From an uncultured Anaerolineales bacterium (lineage in GTDB: Bacteria > Chloroflexota > Anaerolineae > B4-G1): DNA of 64,000 nt. The notes beneath the pieces are model-generated. The model did no database searches. It was not told the origin of the DNA and saw nothing but the letters and a program-made list of their open reading frames with translations. A program made the translations under genes and the position numbers. Position 1 is the stretch's first letter, and every line of letters starts with the position of its first letter. Shown here piece after piece: positions 27,640 to 37,836 of the stretch. The DNA lies in assembly GCA_964542755.1 (NCBI GenBank), contig CAZIWL010000004.1:20916-84915 (forward strand), in the 5' to 3' direction.

Positions 27640-28491
27640 GTGAGTATCCTTCAAGCTTTCTTCCTAGGCGTCCTTCAGGGCGCCACGGAGTTCTTGCCCG
27701 TGAGCAGCTCAGGACATCTGGTCCTGGTGCCGTGGTTGCTGGGCTGGCCGGCGCCTGGCCTGGCCTTCGACGCGGTGGTCCATTGGGGCACAGCGGCGGC
27801 GGTGATCGTCTATTTCCGGCGCGAGTGGCTGGCTATGGCGGAGAGCGCTTGGCTGTCCGTGATGGGCAAGCGACGAGACAATGGGCCGGAAGGGGAGGGC
27901 TCCGATTCATCAGAGGGTAGCGAGGCAGACACGACCCTTCTCTGGCTGATCCTGCTGGGGACCGTGCCCGGCGTTCTCGTAGGCTTCTTCCTGGAGGACT
28001 TCTTCGAGGGCATGTTTGCGCGGCCGATGGCGGCGGCAGTGTTCCTTTTCGTCACCGCCGCGCTTCTCACGGCCTCCGAACGGCTGGGGCGCCGGGAGCG
28101 AGACATGGACGACTTGGGTTTCCTAGACGCCTTGTTCATCGGCGTGGGGCAGGCCCTGGCCATCTTCCCGGGCATCTCGCGGTCGGGGTCGACGATCGCC
28201 GCCGGCCTGGCCCGAGGGATGAAGCGACATCCGGCGGCGCACTTCAGTTTTCTCCTGGCGACTCCGATCATCCTGGGTGCCGGCCTCCTCAAGGTCGTCG
28301 ACCTGGTGCAGGCTGGAGGGTTCAGGGCTCAAGCCGCCACGCTCGCCGCGGGTTTCGTGGCGTCGGTTGTGGTCGGGCTGGCCTGCGTTCACTTTTTGCT
28401 CCGCTACCTCAAGAGCCGACGGCTCTACCCGTTTGCGATCTACTGCGTTGCGTTCGGATTCTTCTCTCTTCTCGTCGCTGTGATACGCTAG
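27640..28491 (+). CDS. uppP: undecaprenyl-diphosphate phosphatase (BacA/UppP)
   Basis: N-terminus ILQAFFLGVLQGATEFLPVSSSGHL and FPGISRSGSTI motifs; 8 TM segments. Confidence 0.9.
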   Translation: MSILQAFFLGVLQGATEFLPVSSSGHLVLVPWLLGWPAPGLAFDAVVHWGTAAAVIVYFRREWLAMAESAWLSVMGKRRDNGPEGEGSDSSEGSEADTTLLWLILLGTVPGVLVGFFLEDFFEGMFARPMAAAVFLFVTAALLTASERLGRRERDMDDLGFLDALFIGVGQALAIFPGISRSGSTIAAGLARGMKRHPAAHFSFLLATPIILGAGLLKVVDLVQAGGFRAQAATLAAGFVASVVVGLACVHFLLRYLKSRRLYPFAIYCVAFGFFSLLVAVIR

Positions 28492-28543
28492 ATCGTGCAG
28501 CGAGACCCAGATCCAGCCTATGTGGAGTTGGAGGTGTCGGGAT

Positions 28544-29176
28544 ATGGGTGAGGCGAAAATGCCTGGGCCAGCCTATGGCCTTCGTACGCCGCGGTTGCTC
28601 ATCCGCTGCTGGCACCCGCGTGATGCCGAGATGCTCAAGACAGCGATCGACCAGAGCCTGGAGCACCTGCGGCCTTGGATGCCATGGACGAGCGAGGAAC
28701 CCGAGGAACTCCAGGCCAAGATCGACCGGCTCCGTAGCTGGCGGGCGATGTTCGATCTCGGTAAGGATCTCGTCTACGGACTGTTCACCCCTGACGAGAA
28801 CAAGGTCCTAGGTTCCAGTGGGCTCCATACACGGGTAGGCCAAGGGGCCAGGGAGATCGGGTATTGGATCCACGCGGATCACATCAATCAGGGCCTGGCA
28901 ACCGAGGCGGCGGGAGCTCTGACGCGCATAGCTTTCGAGCTTGACGATGTGGTTCGCGTAGAAATCCACTGCGATCCGCGCAACGTGCGCAGTGCTACGG
29001 TTCCTCGCAAGCTCGGCTTCACGCACGAAGCGACGCTCCGTGACCGGACGATCGACGCGGCAGGTGAGCGTCACGACACCATGATATGGACACTCTTCCG
29101 GCACGAATATGTGGAGAGCCGAGCCCACGACATCACGTTGAGGGCCTGGGACGTCGTGGGGCGGCGAATCCTCTAA
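28544..29176 (+). CDS. GNAT family N-acetyltransferase (RimJ/RimL-like)
   Basis: Acetyltransf_3-like fold: LRTPRLLIRCWHPRDAEML...IGYWIHADHINQGLATEAAGAL. ATG 28544 is chosen as the start; the track start is 28520. Confidence 0.75.
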   Translation: MGEAKMPGPAYGLRTPRLLIRCWHPRDAEMLKTAIDQSLEHLRPWMPWTSEEPEELQAKIDRLRSWRAMFDLGKDLVYGLFTPDENKVLGSSGLHTRVGQGAREIGYWIHADHINQGLATEAAGALTRIAFELDDVVRVEIHCDPRNVRSATVPRKLGFTHEATLRDRTIDAAGERHDTMIWTLFRHEYVESRAHDITLRAWDVVGRRIL

Positions 29177-29264
29177 CGCTGCCGGGACGAAAGGATCGTT
29201 GGCTCCTCGGGCCCCGCCGGCTCCACGAGCCGACCACACCGCACAGAGCGCGCTGCCAGATTGG

Positions 29265-29293
29265 TTGTTTGCGCTGATGAGGCGGGGTATAAT
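29265..29293 (+). promoter_or_regulatory. putative promoter TTGTTT-N17-TATAAT upstream of the aminotransferase gene
   Basis: TTGTTT at 29265-29270 and TATAAT at 29288-29293. The RBS CAGGAGG precedes the ATG at 29354. Confidence 0.4.
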
Positions 29294-29353
29294 CACACAT
29301 GATGGACGCGGACGCTCACAGGCGGCTGCACATCCAGGAGGCTGGGTCAACCG

Positions 29354-30469
29354 ATGCGTCTTTCCCCATTCAAGCTCGAACGGTATTTCGCCCGCTATGA
29401 ATTCGACGTCAAGCACCTTCTCTGCTGCTCCGACTGCGAGTCGCTGTCAGTTGGCGGCGTCCTCGCCCTTGAGCCTGGAGCTGAGGAGGGTTTGTCAGAA
29501 CAGTGGCTAGGATACACCGAGTCGCGGGGTAGCCCGTCACTAAGAAGAGAGATCAGTCGGATCTACACCGGGATCTCAGCGGAGGAGATTCTGGTGCACA
29601 GCGGGGCCGAGGAGGCGATATTCCTCTTCATGCAGGCCCTTCTTGAACCGGGCGATCACGTGATTGTTCACTGGCCGTGCTACCAGTCACTGGCAGAAGT
29701 GGCCTCCGGCATAGGCTGTCGGGTTACCCGCTGGGCAGCTCGAGAGGATCGGGGTTGGGCGCTCGATCTAGACGATCTGGTGGGCCGACTGCGGCCGGAG
29801 ACGAAGGCCGTGGTGGTCAACCTTCCTCACAATCCGACGGGCTACTTGATGGGCCGGGAGCAGTTCCTGGAGATGACTGATATCCTGCGTGCACGTGGCA
29901 TCGTTCTCTTCTCGGACGAAGTCTACCGGGAGTCGGAGTATCACCCTGAGGATCGGCTGCCGGCAGCCTGTGATGTCTATGAGAAGGCAGTCTCTCTGGG
30001 CGTCATGTCGAAAAGCTATGGACTTGCCGGTCTTCGGATCGGTTGGATCGCAACCCGTGCCACCACCATCCTCCACCGGATGGCAGCCTTGAAGGATTAC
30101 ACGACCATTTGCAACAGTGCGCCGAGCGAGTTCCTGGCGGAGGTAGCCCTGCGCCACCGGGAGAGGCTGGCGCGGCGGAGTGTGGAGATCATCACGGCTA
30201 ACCTGCGGCTTCTGGATGCTTTCTTCGAGCAGCACGAAGACGTATTCGCCTGGCAGCGTCCGGTCGCGGGTCCGATCGGATTCCCTCGGCTGTTGACTGG
30301 GGACAGTGAGGCTTTCTGCGACCGATTGGTCAGGAAGGCGGGTGTGCTGCTCCTCCCGGGAACGGTGTTCGACGACGATGGGAACCACGTGCGCATCGGG
30401 TTCGGGCGGGAAGATATGAACATCGGGCTCGCCCGTCTGGTTTCTTTCTTGGAGAGTGCATCAGTGTAG
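29354..30469 (+). CDS. PLP-dependent aminotransferase, class I/II fold
   Basis: 371 aa. The PLP-lysine motif SLGVMSKSYGLAGLRIGW and the NLPHNPTG substrate loop. Confidence 0.8.
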   Translation: MRLSPFKLERYFARYEFDVKHLLCCSDCESLSVGGVLALEPGAEEGLSEQWLGYTESRGSPSLRREISRIYTGISAEEILVHSGAEEAIFLFMQALLEPGDHVIVHWPCYQSLAEVASGIGCRVTRWAAREDRGWALDLDDLVGRLRPETKAVVVNLPHNPTGYLMGREQFLEMTDILRARGIVLFSDEVYRESEYHPEDRLPAACDVYEKAVSLGVMSKSYGLAGLRIGWIATRATTILHRMAALKDYTTICNSAPSEFLAEVALRHRERLARRSVEIITANLRLLDAFFEQHEDVFAWQRPVAGPIGFPRLLTGDSEAFCDRLVRKAGVLLLPGTVFDDDGNHVRIGFGREDMNIGLARLVSFLESASV

Positions 30470-30541
30470 AGTCTCGAGTGAGAGTTCAAACCGCGTGCAG
30501 GAATGTGGGGCATCAGACTGATGTAATGAAAAGGAGCACGT

Positions 30542-30862
30542 ATGAACGTCTTTGACCTGTCGGAGTTGGAGAGCCGGGGACTGCTGGAAGGGACAGAGGC
30601 CCGCTTCGTACACGGCGAGAGAATGACTGTCGCCTACTGGCGGTTTGAGCCGGGGGTCCCTCTACCGGAGCATGCGCACCCACACGAGCAAGTCACGAAT
30701 GTCATGAGCGGAGAATTCGATCTGACCGTGGAGGGGGAGACGCGGCGCCTCGGACCCGGGTCTGTGGTCGTCATCCCTCCCGACGCGCGGCACGCGGGTC
30801 GGGCTGTGACGGACTGTCGGATTATCGATGTCTTCCATCCCGTGCGCGAGGACTATCGGTGA
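30542..30862 (+). CDS. cupin domain protein
   Basis: 106 aa. Cupin motifs PEHAHPHEQVTNVMSGEF and GPGSVVVIPPDARH. Confidence 0.7.
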   Translation: MNVFDLSELESRGLLEGTEARFVHGERMTVAYWRFEPGVPLPEHAHPHEQVTNVMSGEFDLTVEGETRRLGPGSVVVIPPDARHAGRAVTDCRIIDVFHPVREDYR

Positions 30863-31680
30863 TTGGTCGTTTCCAGGGCCTGGGCGCGCGCATCTTGTGG
30901 CAGGCTACGGCGCTCGCAGTCCTTGTGCTGGCTTCGTGCAGTCCCCAGCCCCTGTCGGTTACTCGGGAGCCCACGACACTGAGATTGGCAGCAGCTGCCT
31001 CGTGTGAGACGCTGATCCGAGAGGCTGCAGCACGTTATGAGGCGGATCATCCATGGGTCGCAGTGACCACGGAGGTTCTGAACAACCGGCTGGCCGAGGA
31101 AACCCTACACGATGAGCGCGCGGACATAGGGTTGCTTTCCTGGCGTCCTGCGGCCGAAAACGAGCGGGATGGACTCTGGTCCGAGCCCTTCGTGCGCGAC
31201 GGCGTCGCGGTCGTCGTGCACCCGGATTCCCCTGTGCAGGAGATAGGACTGAGTCAGCTTCGAGAGATCTACCGGGGACACCTTCAGGAGATAGATGGGG
31301 TGGTGCTGACGGTGGTTAGTCGTGAACCCGGCTCGGGCACTCGGGCCGCATTTGAACATTTCGTCCTGGACGGTGAGGAGACATCGCTCAATGCTGTCGT
31401 GTTGCCCTCCGCCGATGCTATGGTCGACTACGTAGCGGAGACGCCGACGGCCATCGGCTACGTTTCGACGTGGTCCCTGGATGACCGGGTTCGGGCTCTG
31501 CCTGTTGATGGGATGCTGTCCGATGCGGAGAGCGTTGCCAATGGGCGTTACCCGATCTCACGGGAGTTCCATCTGGCCTCCGCCGGAGAACCAACGGGTG
31601 AGGCACGCCAGTTCGCTCAGTGGCTGTTGCGGGGAGGTGCTGAGATGAGCGGGGTGCACGGAGGGGATCCGGAGGGCTGA
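30859..31680 (+). CDS. periplasmic substrate-binding lipoprotein (PstS/phosphate-binding-like PBP fold)
   Basis: Signal peptide with lipobox LASC. The PBP-like pattern GSGTRAAFEHFV matches the PstS family SGxxxxF anion-binding motif. It overlaps the cupin gene by 4 nt and the histidine kinase start by 1 nt. Confidence 0.65.
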   Translation: MIGRFQGLGARILWQATALAVLVLASCSPQPLSVTREPTTLRLAAAASCETLIREAAARYEADHPWVAVTTEVLNNRLAEETLHDERADIGLLSWRPAAENERDGLWSEPFVRDGVAVVVHPDSPVQEIGLSQLREIYRGHLQEIDGVVLTVVSREPGSGTRAAFEHFVLDGEETSLNAVVLPSADAMVDYVAETPTAIGYVSTWSLDDRVRALPVDGMLSDAESVANGRYPISREFHLASAGEPTGEARQFAQWLLRGGAEMSGVHGGDPEG

Positions 31681-33458
31681 TGAGGCCGTACACGATACCC
31701 ATACTGATCGCCGCCGGTATGTCGGCGACCATTGCGGTACTGGCCTGGCGACGGCGCCGGATGCGGGGCGCGCGGCTGTTCAGCATTCTCATGCTGGCTG
31801 TGGCTCATTGGACCCTGACGTACGCCATCGAACTGGAGGTGCCGGGACTGGCGGCGAAAGTCTTCTGGGTCAAGGTCCAATATGCGGGGATCGTGGTCGT
31901 CCCGGTAGCTTGGCTGGTCTTCTGCATCGACTACGTGGACGGAAGAGGCTGGCTCAGCGGTTGGAACACGGCCGCGCTCGCGGTCATACCGCTTGCCGTG
32001 GTGGTGCTGACGTGGACGAACCCGTACCATCACCTGATGATGAGGGAGGTTCGTCTCGTTCAGACCGATGCTGGTCCGTTGTTAAGCATATCTCGAGGAC
32101 CGGCCTTCTGGCTCCACATGGCCTATGCGTACGCTTCGCTCCTGTCCGGGACGGTCCTTCTGGTGCAGGCCTACGTGCGGGGTGGGCTCGCGTACCGTCG
32201 TCAGAGTCGCCTGCTCCTCATCGCGGCGTTCATTCCTTGGGCCGGAAACTTGCTCTATGTCTTTGGAGGGGGCGTACTCTCCCGCCTCGACTTCACCTCG
32301 TTCCTCTTCTCGGTGAGCGGGGCCATCATTTTCTGGGCCCTCTTCCGCCACCGGTTCCTGGACCTTATACCGGTGGCACGGAACACAGTGATCGAGAATA
32401 TGCAGGATGGCCTGGTGGTTATCGATGTCGAGAATCGGATGGCGGACCTGAACCCCGCCGCGGAGCGGTTGCTCGGTCTGACAGGTAGAGAGGCTATCGG
32501 TGAGCCCGTACGTGACGGCCTGGCCGAGTGGCCCGATTTAGTGACCGCGTACCGCGCCGTGGGAGAGGGGCAAGCGGAGGTCACTGTGGACGAGGATGGG
32601 GAGAGGAGGACCTATTCTGCTACCTTCTCACCTATCCGGCGGGACGACGTTCGTTCTTCCGGACGTCTGATTACGATTCACGAGATCACGGAGCGGAAAC
32701 GCGCGGAAGAAGCCCTGAGGGAGCGTGCGGCCAAGCTTCAGGCACGGAATGAGGAGTTGGACGCCTTCGCCCACACGGTGGCCCACGATCTCAAGGCGCC
32801 CCTGACGAGTGTGGTGGGATACGCGGAGGTGCTCCAGGACTATGACCTCGGTCCCTCCTCCGACGACGCTCGGGAGTTGCTGGAAGAGATATCGGCGAGT
32901 GGGCGGAAGATGGCAAGCATCATCGACGAGCTCCTTCTTCTGTCGCGCGTCAGACAGACGGAAGAGGTGGAACGGCGGCCTCTGGACATGGAGGCGGTGG
33001 TCGAGGATGCACTCCATCGGGTGGACGAACTTCGGAGGACGCACGGGGCAGTGATCTCCGGTCCAACGTCTTGGCCGTGGGCCCTGGGATACCGGCCATG
33101 GGTGGAGGAGGTCTGGGTCAACTACCTGAGCAATGCGATCAAACATGGAGGACGACCCCCGGAGATAACCATGGGTGCGACGCGAGAGGCCCACGACCGG
33201 ATTCACTTCTGGGTCCGCGACAACGGGCCGGGTTTAACTCAGGAGGAGAAAGAGCAGCTGTTTGCGCCCTTCACCCAGCTCGGCACCCGAGACCCGGGCG
33301 GTCACGGCTTGGGGCTATCTATCGTACGGCGAATCGTGGACAAGCTGGGCGGCAGGGTCACGCTGGAGTCCGAGGTGAGCAAGGGCAGCGTGTTCGGTTT
33401 CGTTCTGGAGGCCGTGGACCCTCTCGGGTCTGAGGCGTTCGAGGCCGGGAAGGATTAG
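31680..33458 (+). CDS. sensor histidine kinase with N-terminal 7TM domain, PAS domain, HisKA and HATPase_c
   Basis: About 7 predicted TM helices in the first 220 aa, followed by a PAS domain. HisKA H-box [13 protein letters not shown]. HATPase motifs N ([10 protein letters not shown]), G1 (DNGPGL) and G2 (GGHGLGLSI). No adjacent response regulator. Confidence 0.85.
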   Translation: MRPYTIPILIAAGMSATIAVLAWRRRRMRGARLFSILMLAVAHWTLTYAIELEVPGLAAKVFWVKVQYAGIVVVPVAWLVFCIDYVDGRGWLSGWNTAALAVIPLAVVVLTWTNPYHHLMMREVRLVQTDAGPLLSISRGPAFWLHMAYAYASLLSGTVLLVQAYVRGGLAYRRQSRLLLIAAFIPWAGNLLYVFGGGVLSRLDFTSFLFSVSGAIIFWALFRHRFLDLIPVARNTVIENMQDGLVVIDVENRMADLNPAAERLLGLTGREAIGEPVRDGLAEWPDLVTAYRAVGEGQAEVTVDEDGERRTYSATFSPIRRDDVRSSGRLITIHEITERKRAEEALRERAAKLQARNEELDAFAHTVAHDLKAPLTSVVGYAEVLQDYDLGPSSDDARELLEEISASGRKMASIIDELLLLSRVRQTEEVERRPLDMEAVVEDALHRVDELRRTHGAVISGPTSWPWALGYRPWVEEVWVNYLSNAIKHGGRPPEITMGATREAHDRIHFWVRDNGPGLTQEEKEQLFAPFTQLGTRDPGGHGLGLSIVRRIVDKLGGRVTLESEVSKGSVFGFVLEAVDPLGSEAFEAGKD

Positions 33459-33474
33459 AGTGGGAGGCAGTGCG

Positions 33475-35145
33475 ATGGATCACGACAAAGGGGATCTGGA
33501 GCAAGCTCGTGATAGGTGGCGGGCATCCACGCTGCAGGACACGCTGGAACGGCATGCTGAGCGCGCACAGAGCTTCATCACGGCCTCCGGTGAGACTGTC
33601 GAGAGGCTCTACACACCTCTGGACATCGATGGGACTTACGGCGAGAAGCTTGGGCTTCCGGGGGAGTACCCGTTCACTCGAGGGATCCACGCCACAATGC
33701 ATCGTGGGCGGCTCTGGACTATGCGCATGTTTGCTGGGTTCGGAACGGCGGAAGAGACGAATCAGCGTTTCCGATACCTGCTCGACCAGGGGCAGACGGG
33801 GCTCTCTGTGGCCTTCGACCTGCCCACGTTGATGGGGTACGACAGCGACGCGCCCGAGGCGGAAGGGGAGTTTGGAAAATGCGGCGTGGCGGTCTCCTCA
33901 CTCCGCGATATGGAGGTCCTGTTTCGAGGTATCCCGCTGGACAAGGTGACCACCTCGATGACGATCAACAGCCCGGCGGCCGTGATCTGGGCGATGTACA
34001 TCGTTGCTGCCGAGAAGCAGGGGGTCGGTATGAAGGAGCTCGGCGGCACCCTTCAGAACGACATCTTGAAGGAGTACATGGCGCAGAAGGAGTACGTCTT
34101 TCCTCCAGAACCCTCGATGCGTCTGGTCACGGACACGGTCGAGTTCGGCAGCGAGCACCTGCCCCGCTGGAACACGATCTCCATCTCCGGGTATCATATC
34201 CGCGAGGCAGGATCAACGGCAGCGCAGGAGTTGGCATTCACGCTTGCGGACGGGATGGAGTACGTGCGGTGGGGGCTGGACCGTGGCCTGGACGTGGACG
34301 CCTTCGCACCCCGGCTCTCGTTCTTCTTCAACTGTCACAACGACTTTTTGGAGGAGATCGCCAAGTTCCGTGCCTCGCGGCGCATTTGGGCGCGCGAGAT
34401 GCGTGAAACCTTCGGAGCCAAGGAAGAGCGCTCGTGGTGGATGCGATACCACACGCAGACGGCCGGCTGTTCGCTGACGGCGCAGCAGCCAGAGATCAAC
34501 GTCGTCCGTGTCGCGATACAGGCACTGGCCGCTGTTCTGGGAGGCACCCAGTCTCTCCACACCAACAGCATGGATGAAGCACTGGCGCTCCCGAGCGAGC
34601 ATGCCGTGACGGTAGCACTCCGCACCCAGCAGATTATTGGGCACGAGAGCGGAGTGGCGAACACCGTCGATCCTTTGGGTGGAGCGTACGCCGTGGAGGC
34701 CCTAACGGATCGCATTGAGAAGCAGGTCTACGACTACTTCGAGAGAATCGAGGCCCTCGGCGGCGTGATTCCGGCGATCGAGCAGGGGTTCTTCCAGCAG
34801 GAGATTGCCGATGCCGCCTTCCGCTATCAGCGTGAGATCGACGAGCGGAAGCGGCTGGTTGTGGGCGTCAATGAGTACGTAGAGGAGGAACCACCTAGGA
34901 TTCCGATCCTGCGCATAGATTCGGAGGGGTATGCGAAGCAGAAGGCTCGGCTGAAGCAGGTGCGCGAGGAGCGGGACAGCGGGGCTGTCGGTCAGGCGCT
35001 GGACCGCTTGCGGGTAGCAGCCGAAGGCACCGAGAACACAATGCCCCATATTCTGGATGCCGTGCGCGCCTATGCCACGGTCCAGGAGATTATGGACGTC
35101 TTCCGTGATGTGTTCGGCATCTACCGGGAACCGATGGTCATCTGA
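33475..35145 (+). CDS. methylmalonyl-CoA mutase family catalytic (alpha, substrate-binding TIM-barrel) subunit without a B12-binding domain
   Basis: Conserved MCM N-domain motifs [41 protein letters not shown] and [12 protein letters not shown]. It ends before any B12-binding Rossmann module. ATG 33475 is preceded by GGGAGG; the track start is 33460. Confidence 0.85.
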   Translation: MDHDKGDLEQARDRWRASTLQDTLERHAERAQSFITASGETVERLYTPLDIDGTYGEKLGLPGEYPFTRGIHATMHRGRLWTMRMFAGFGTAEETNQRFRYLLDQGQTGLSVAFDLPTLMGYDSDAPEAEGEFGKCGVAVSSLRDMEVLFRGIPLDKVTTSMTINSPAAVIWAMYIVAAEKQGVGMKELGGTLQNDILKEYMAQKEYVFPPEPSMRLVTDTVEFGSEHLPRWNTISISGYHIREAGSTAAQELAFTLADGMEYVRWGLDRGLDVDAFAPRLSFFFNCHNDFLEEIAKFRASRRIWAREMRETFGAKEERSWWMRYHTQTAGCSLTAQQPEINVVRVAIQALAAVLGGTQSLHTNSMDEALALPSEHAVTVALRTQQIIGHESGVANTVDPLGGAYAVEALTDRIEKQVYDYFERIEALGGVIPAIEQGFFQQEIADAAFRYQREIDERKRLVVGVNEYVEEEPPRIPILRIDSEGYAKQKARLKQVREERDSGAVGQALDRLRVAAEGTENTMPHILDAVRAYATVQEIMDVFRDVFGIYREPMVI

Positions 35146-35163
35146 CCCCACGCGTCGTTTGGT

Positions 35164-35218
35164 CCCCTGGCTTCAGAGATGCGAGCCCGGATTGGCCTGG
35201 CTCCCCCGAAGCCAGGGG
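35164..35218. terminator. bidirectional hairpin between convergent genes: perfect 11-bp stem CCCCTGGCTTC ... GAAGCCAGGGG with a nested GAGCC...GGCTC stem
   Basis: Read directly from the sequence. It lies in the 78-bp gap between the mutase stop and the pfkA stop and is followed by TTGGTCT. Confidence 0.5.
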
Positions 35219-35223
35219 TTGGT

Positions 35224-36195
35224 CTACTTGTCCATGATCGTGGAGAGATTGTACAGGTCCTTGTCGAGTTCCTTCTGGTAGGTGACCGCCTCGTCAAGGG
35301 GAAGGATGTGGAAATCGCTATTGAGCCATCCGACCATATGACCGGAATTGCCCCCCACGAGTTGTCTGACCGCTTCCGCTCCCAGCCTTGTGGCCAGGAT
35401 TCGATCGAACGCACTGGGGGACCCGCCACGCTGCACGTGTCCCAGCCGTGTGACCCGCACTGAGAAGCCAAGCTCTTCCTCGCGCGCATTTAGCTCCCGG
35501 GCGATCTCGTCCGTACCGGGTTTCCAACCCTCAGCGACCACGATAATAGCGTGGGCCTTGCCCCGAATGTAGGCTTTTTCGACGGTCTCGGCCACATCGT
35601 CGAGCGTCGACTCGATCTCCGGACAGAGCACCAGCTCAGCACCCCCGGCGAGGCCGCTGGCGAGAGCAAGATAGCCTGAGTTCCGTCCCATCGTCTCGAT
35701 AAGGAAGGCGCGGTTGTGGGAAGAGGCCGTGTCCTTGATCTTGTCGATGGCCCCTAGAATGGTGTTCAGGGCCGTATCGACGCCGATCGATATATCGGTC
35801 CCGTTGATGTCATTGTCGATCGTGCTGGGAATGCCCATGGTGGGGAAGTCCAGACGATGGAGCTCCAGCGCACCTGTCAAGGATCCATTTCCTCCGATAA
35901 CGACCAGGCCGTCGATGTCGAAACGGTTCAAGGTACGGAGTGCCTTCCGCCGTCCCTGCAGCGTCTCAAACTCCGGGGCTCTGGCGGTGCCTAGGATCGT
36001 CCCCCCACGACCGAGGATGCCGCCCACGTCCCGGGCATCCATCTCGTCGATCTCTCCCGCGATCAAGCCGGCGTAGCCGCGGCGAATGCCCATCATCTCC
36101 ACACCCTCGTGGAGTCCCATGCGCACCACGGCGCGGATGCACGGGTTCAGCCCGGAGTTGTCCCCGCCACTAGTTAAAACACCTATTCGATCCAT
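35224..36195 (-). CDS. pfkA: 6-phosphofructokinase, ATP-type group with atypical GGNGS / PSTIDND motifs
   Basis: MDRIGVLTSGGDNSGLN, ETMGRNSGYLAL and RVTRLGHVQRGG are all PFK hallmarks. ATG 36195 is preceded by AGGAGG; the track ORF runs to 36282. Asn replaces the Asp of the canonical GGDGS motif. Confidence 0.85.
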   Translation of the reverse strand: MDRIGVLTSGGDNSGLNPCIRAVVRMGLHEGVEMMGIRRGYAGLIAGEIDEMDARDVGGILGRGGTILGTARAPEFETLQGRRKALRTLNRFDIDGLVVIGGNGSLTGALELHRLDFPTMGIPSTIDNDINGTDISIGVDTALNTILGAIDKIKDTASSHNRAFLIETMGRNSGYLALASGLAGGAELVLCPEIESTLDDVAETVEKAYIRGKAHAIIVVAEGWKPGTDEIARELNAREEELGFSVRVTRLGHVQRGGSPSAFDRILATRLGAEAVRQLVGGNSGHMVGWLNSDFHILPLDEAVTYQKELDKDLYNLSTIMDK

Positions 36196-36288
36196 CGTAT
36201 CCTCCTGGTCCTGGTGTCTCAGAACGGGTGCCACAGGTCCGTCCAGTTGACTGTTCGGGCTCCCGTTGGCCAACGCGACCACGTAGGC

Positions 36289-37572
36289 CTAGAACGGGCG
36301 GGGCGCAGTCCCCAGCAGATAACCGAAACGAGTCTTGAACTCTTTCAGAGAGAGCTTGGTGTGATCCGCCATGCGATCGATGAGAGCCTTGTCCTGTCCG
36401 TCCTCTGGGTTCAAGCGAATCATCAGCTTGTACGCGGAGCGATAGATGAAGGAGTCGAGGCCAACCTTTCTCACCTCGGTCCTGCCGGTCTCCGGGTCCA
36501 TCATCTCGTCGAAGGGGATGGGCACTACGCGCGTCCCTTGGATGGTGACCGTGGCGTTAGTGCCGCCGTCCAGAAGGAAGGCGACGGCAGCCTCGCCCAG
36601 GCTGCGGGTGTAGTCGATATCGAAGGCTACTGGATCCGTGCAGCGGAGCTCATAACCCAGATCCTTGCTGGTGACGCGGATGGGGACCCCGAGCTGCTCC
36701 AGCTCGCTGTCGAGCTCGTGCTTGAGGATGTCCGAAAAGTTGATCTCCGATAGGTGGACGTTGCCGAAGGCGTCTCGCTCCACGTACTCGAGCTCACGCA
36801 GGTCCTGGTGCGACATGTGCTCCATCACGCCCTCGGAGACGAGCGCCACACCGTAGGGTTTGTTATCGGCCATCCGCTTGAGGATGGATGTCACCAGGAT
36901 GTCCACCACCTCCTGCATGCGGATCGTCCGTCCCTCCCACTCCTCCGGGATAAGGGTAATGGTCGCACCTGAGCTCTTTCCAATCCCGAGAGCGAGGTGG
37001 CCTGTCTTCCTCCCCATCGTCACCACGACGAACCAACGGAACCCGGTCAGGGCCTCCTCCATCAGACTCATGGTGATCTGGGTGCCGACCTCTCGAGCCG
37101 TCTCAAACCCAAAGGTGTTGATCTCATCTGGGAGCGGCAGGTCATTGTCGATGGTCTTGGGCGCATGGGCGACCTGGATGTCGGCGTCCATATACTCCTG
37201 GGCGTAGCGGGCCACGCGATAGGCTGCATAGGCGGTGTCGTCACCGCCAATCACCAGCAGGTAACCGATATTGGCCTCCATCAGCACTTCGCTGCAGAGC
37301 TTCAGCGAATCCTCCTCCTTGGTGGGATTGGCCCGGGAGGTGCGCAGGATGGAGCCTCCCTTCAGGTAGATGCGGCTCACGTCGTCGATGGTGAGAGGCG
37401 TTGCCACAAGCTCCCCTTCCATCAGATGACTGAAGCCATCGTAGAACCCCAGCACGTCATAGCCGCGGTTGACGGCCTCGATAGCCGCCGAGTGGATCAC
37501 GCCATTGATGCCGGGTGCGGGGCCTCCGCTGACGATGATTCCCAGCTTCTTCTTCTCTGACGACTTGCTCAC
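36289..37572 (-). CDS. pfp: pyrophosphate-dependent phosphofructokinase-type PFK (GGDD and PKTIDND motifs)
   Basis: 427 aa. N-terminus GIIVSGGPAPGINGVI, then IGGDDTAYAA with Asp at the PPi-specificity position, and PKTIDNDL with the Lys characteristic of PPi-PFKs. Confidence 0.8.
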   Translation of the reverse strand: MSKSSEKKKLGIIVSGGPAPGINGVIHSAAIEAVNRGYDVLGFYDGFSHLMEGELVATPLTIDDVSRIYLKGGSILRTSRANPTKEEDSLKLCSEVLMEANIGYLLVIGGDDTAYAAYRVARYAQEYMDADIQVAHAPKTIDNDLPLPDEINTFGFETAREVGTQITMSLMEEALTGFRWFVVVTMGRKTGHLALGIGKSSGATITLIPEEWEGRTIRMQEVVDILVTSILKRMADNKPYGVALVSEGVMEHMSHQDLRELEYVERDAFGNVHLSEINFSDILKHELDSELEQLGVPIRVTSKDLGYELRCTDPVAFDIDYTRSLGEAAVAFLLDGGTNATVTIQGTRVVPIPFDEMMDPETGRTEVRKVGLDSFIYRSAYKLMIRLNPEDGQDKALIDRMADHTKLSLKEFKTRFGYLLGTAPRPF

Positions 37573-37836
37573 AATCTCCTCCTTGGTGCTTGGTCTCAGA
37601 AGCTCTCATTTCGCTCCGTTCGGGGCGTCGGCTAACCATTTCCTCGTTTCGATCTGACGACCCGAACGAGCCCTCCGGGAGCAACCTGAGTCTCATTTAT
37701 CCGTGCGCTACCGGTCGCCGAGATCCACCTTGGTCACGGGTCTCGTGCTGTCCGGCTCGATTCAACTCGTCAGGGCCGCTTCGCCGACCTACGACAGCCG
37801 CCTCAATAAGGATCTCCCTCTTGAGGTCCGTTGCGC

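Noticed and set aside
26593-27654. 353-aa minus-strand ORF inside the CBM/GH gene
   Set aside because: Antisense shadow with no domain signal.
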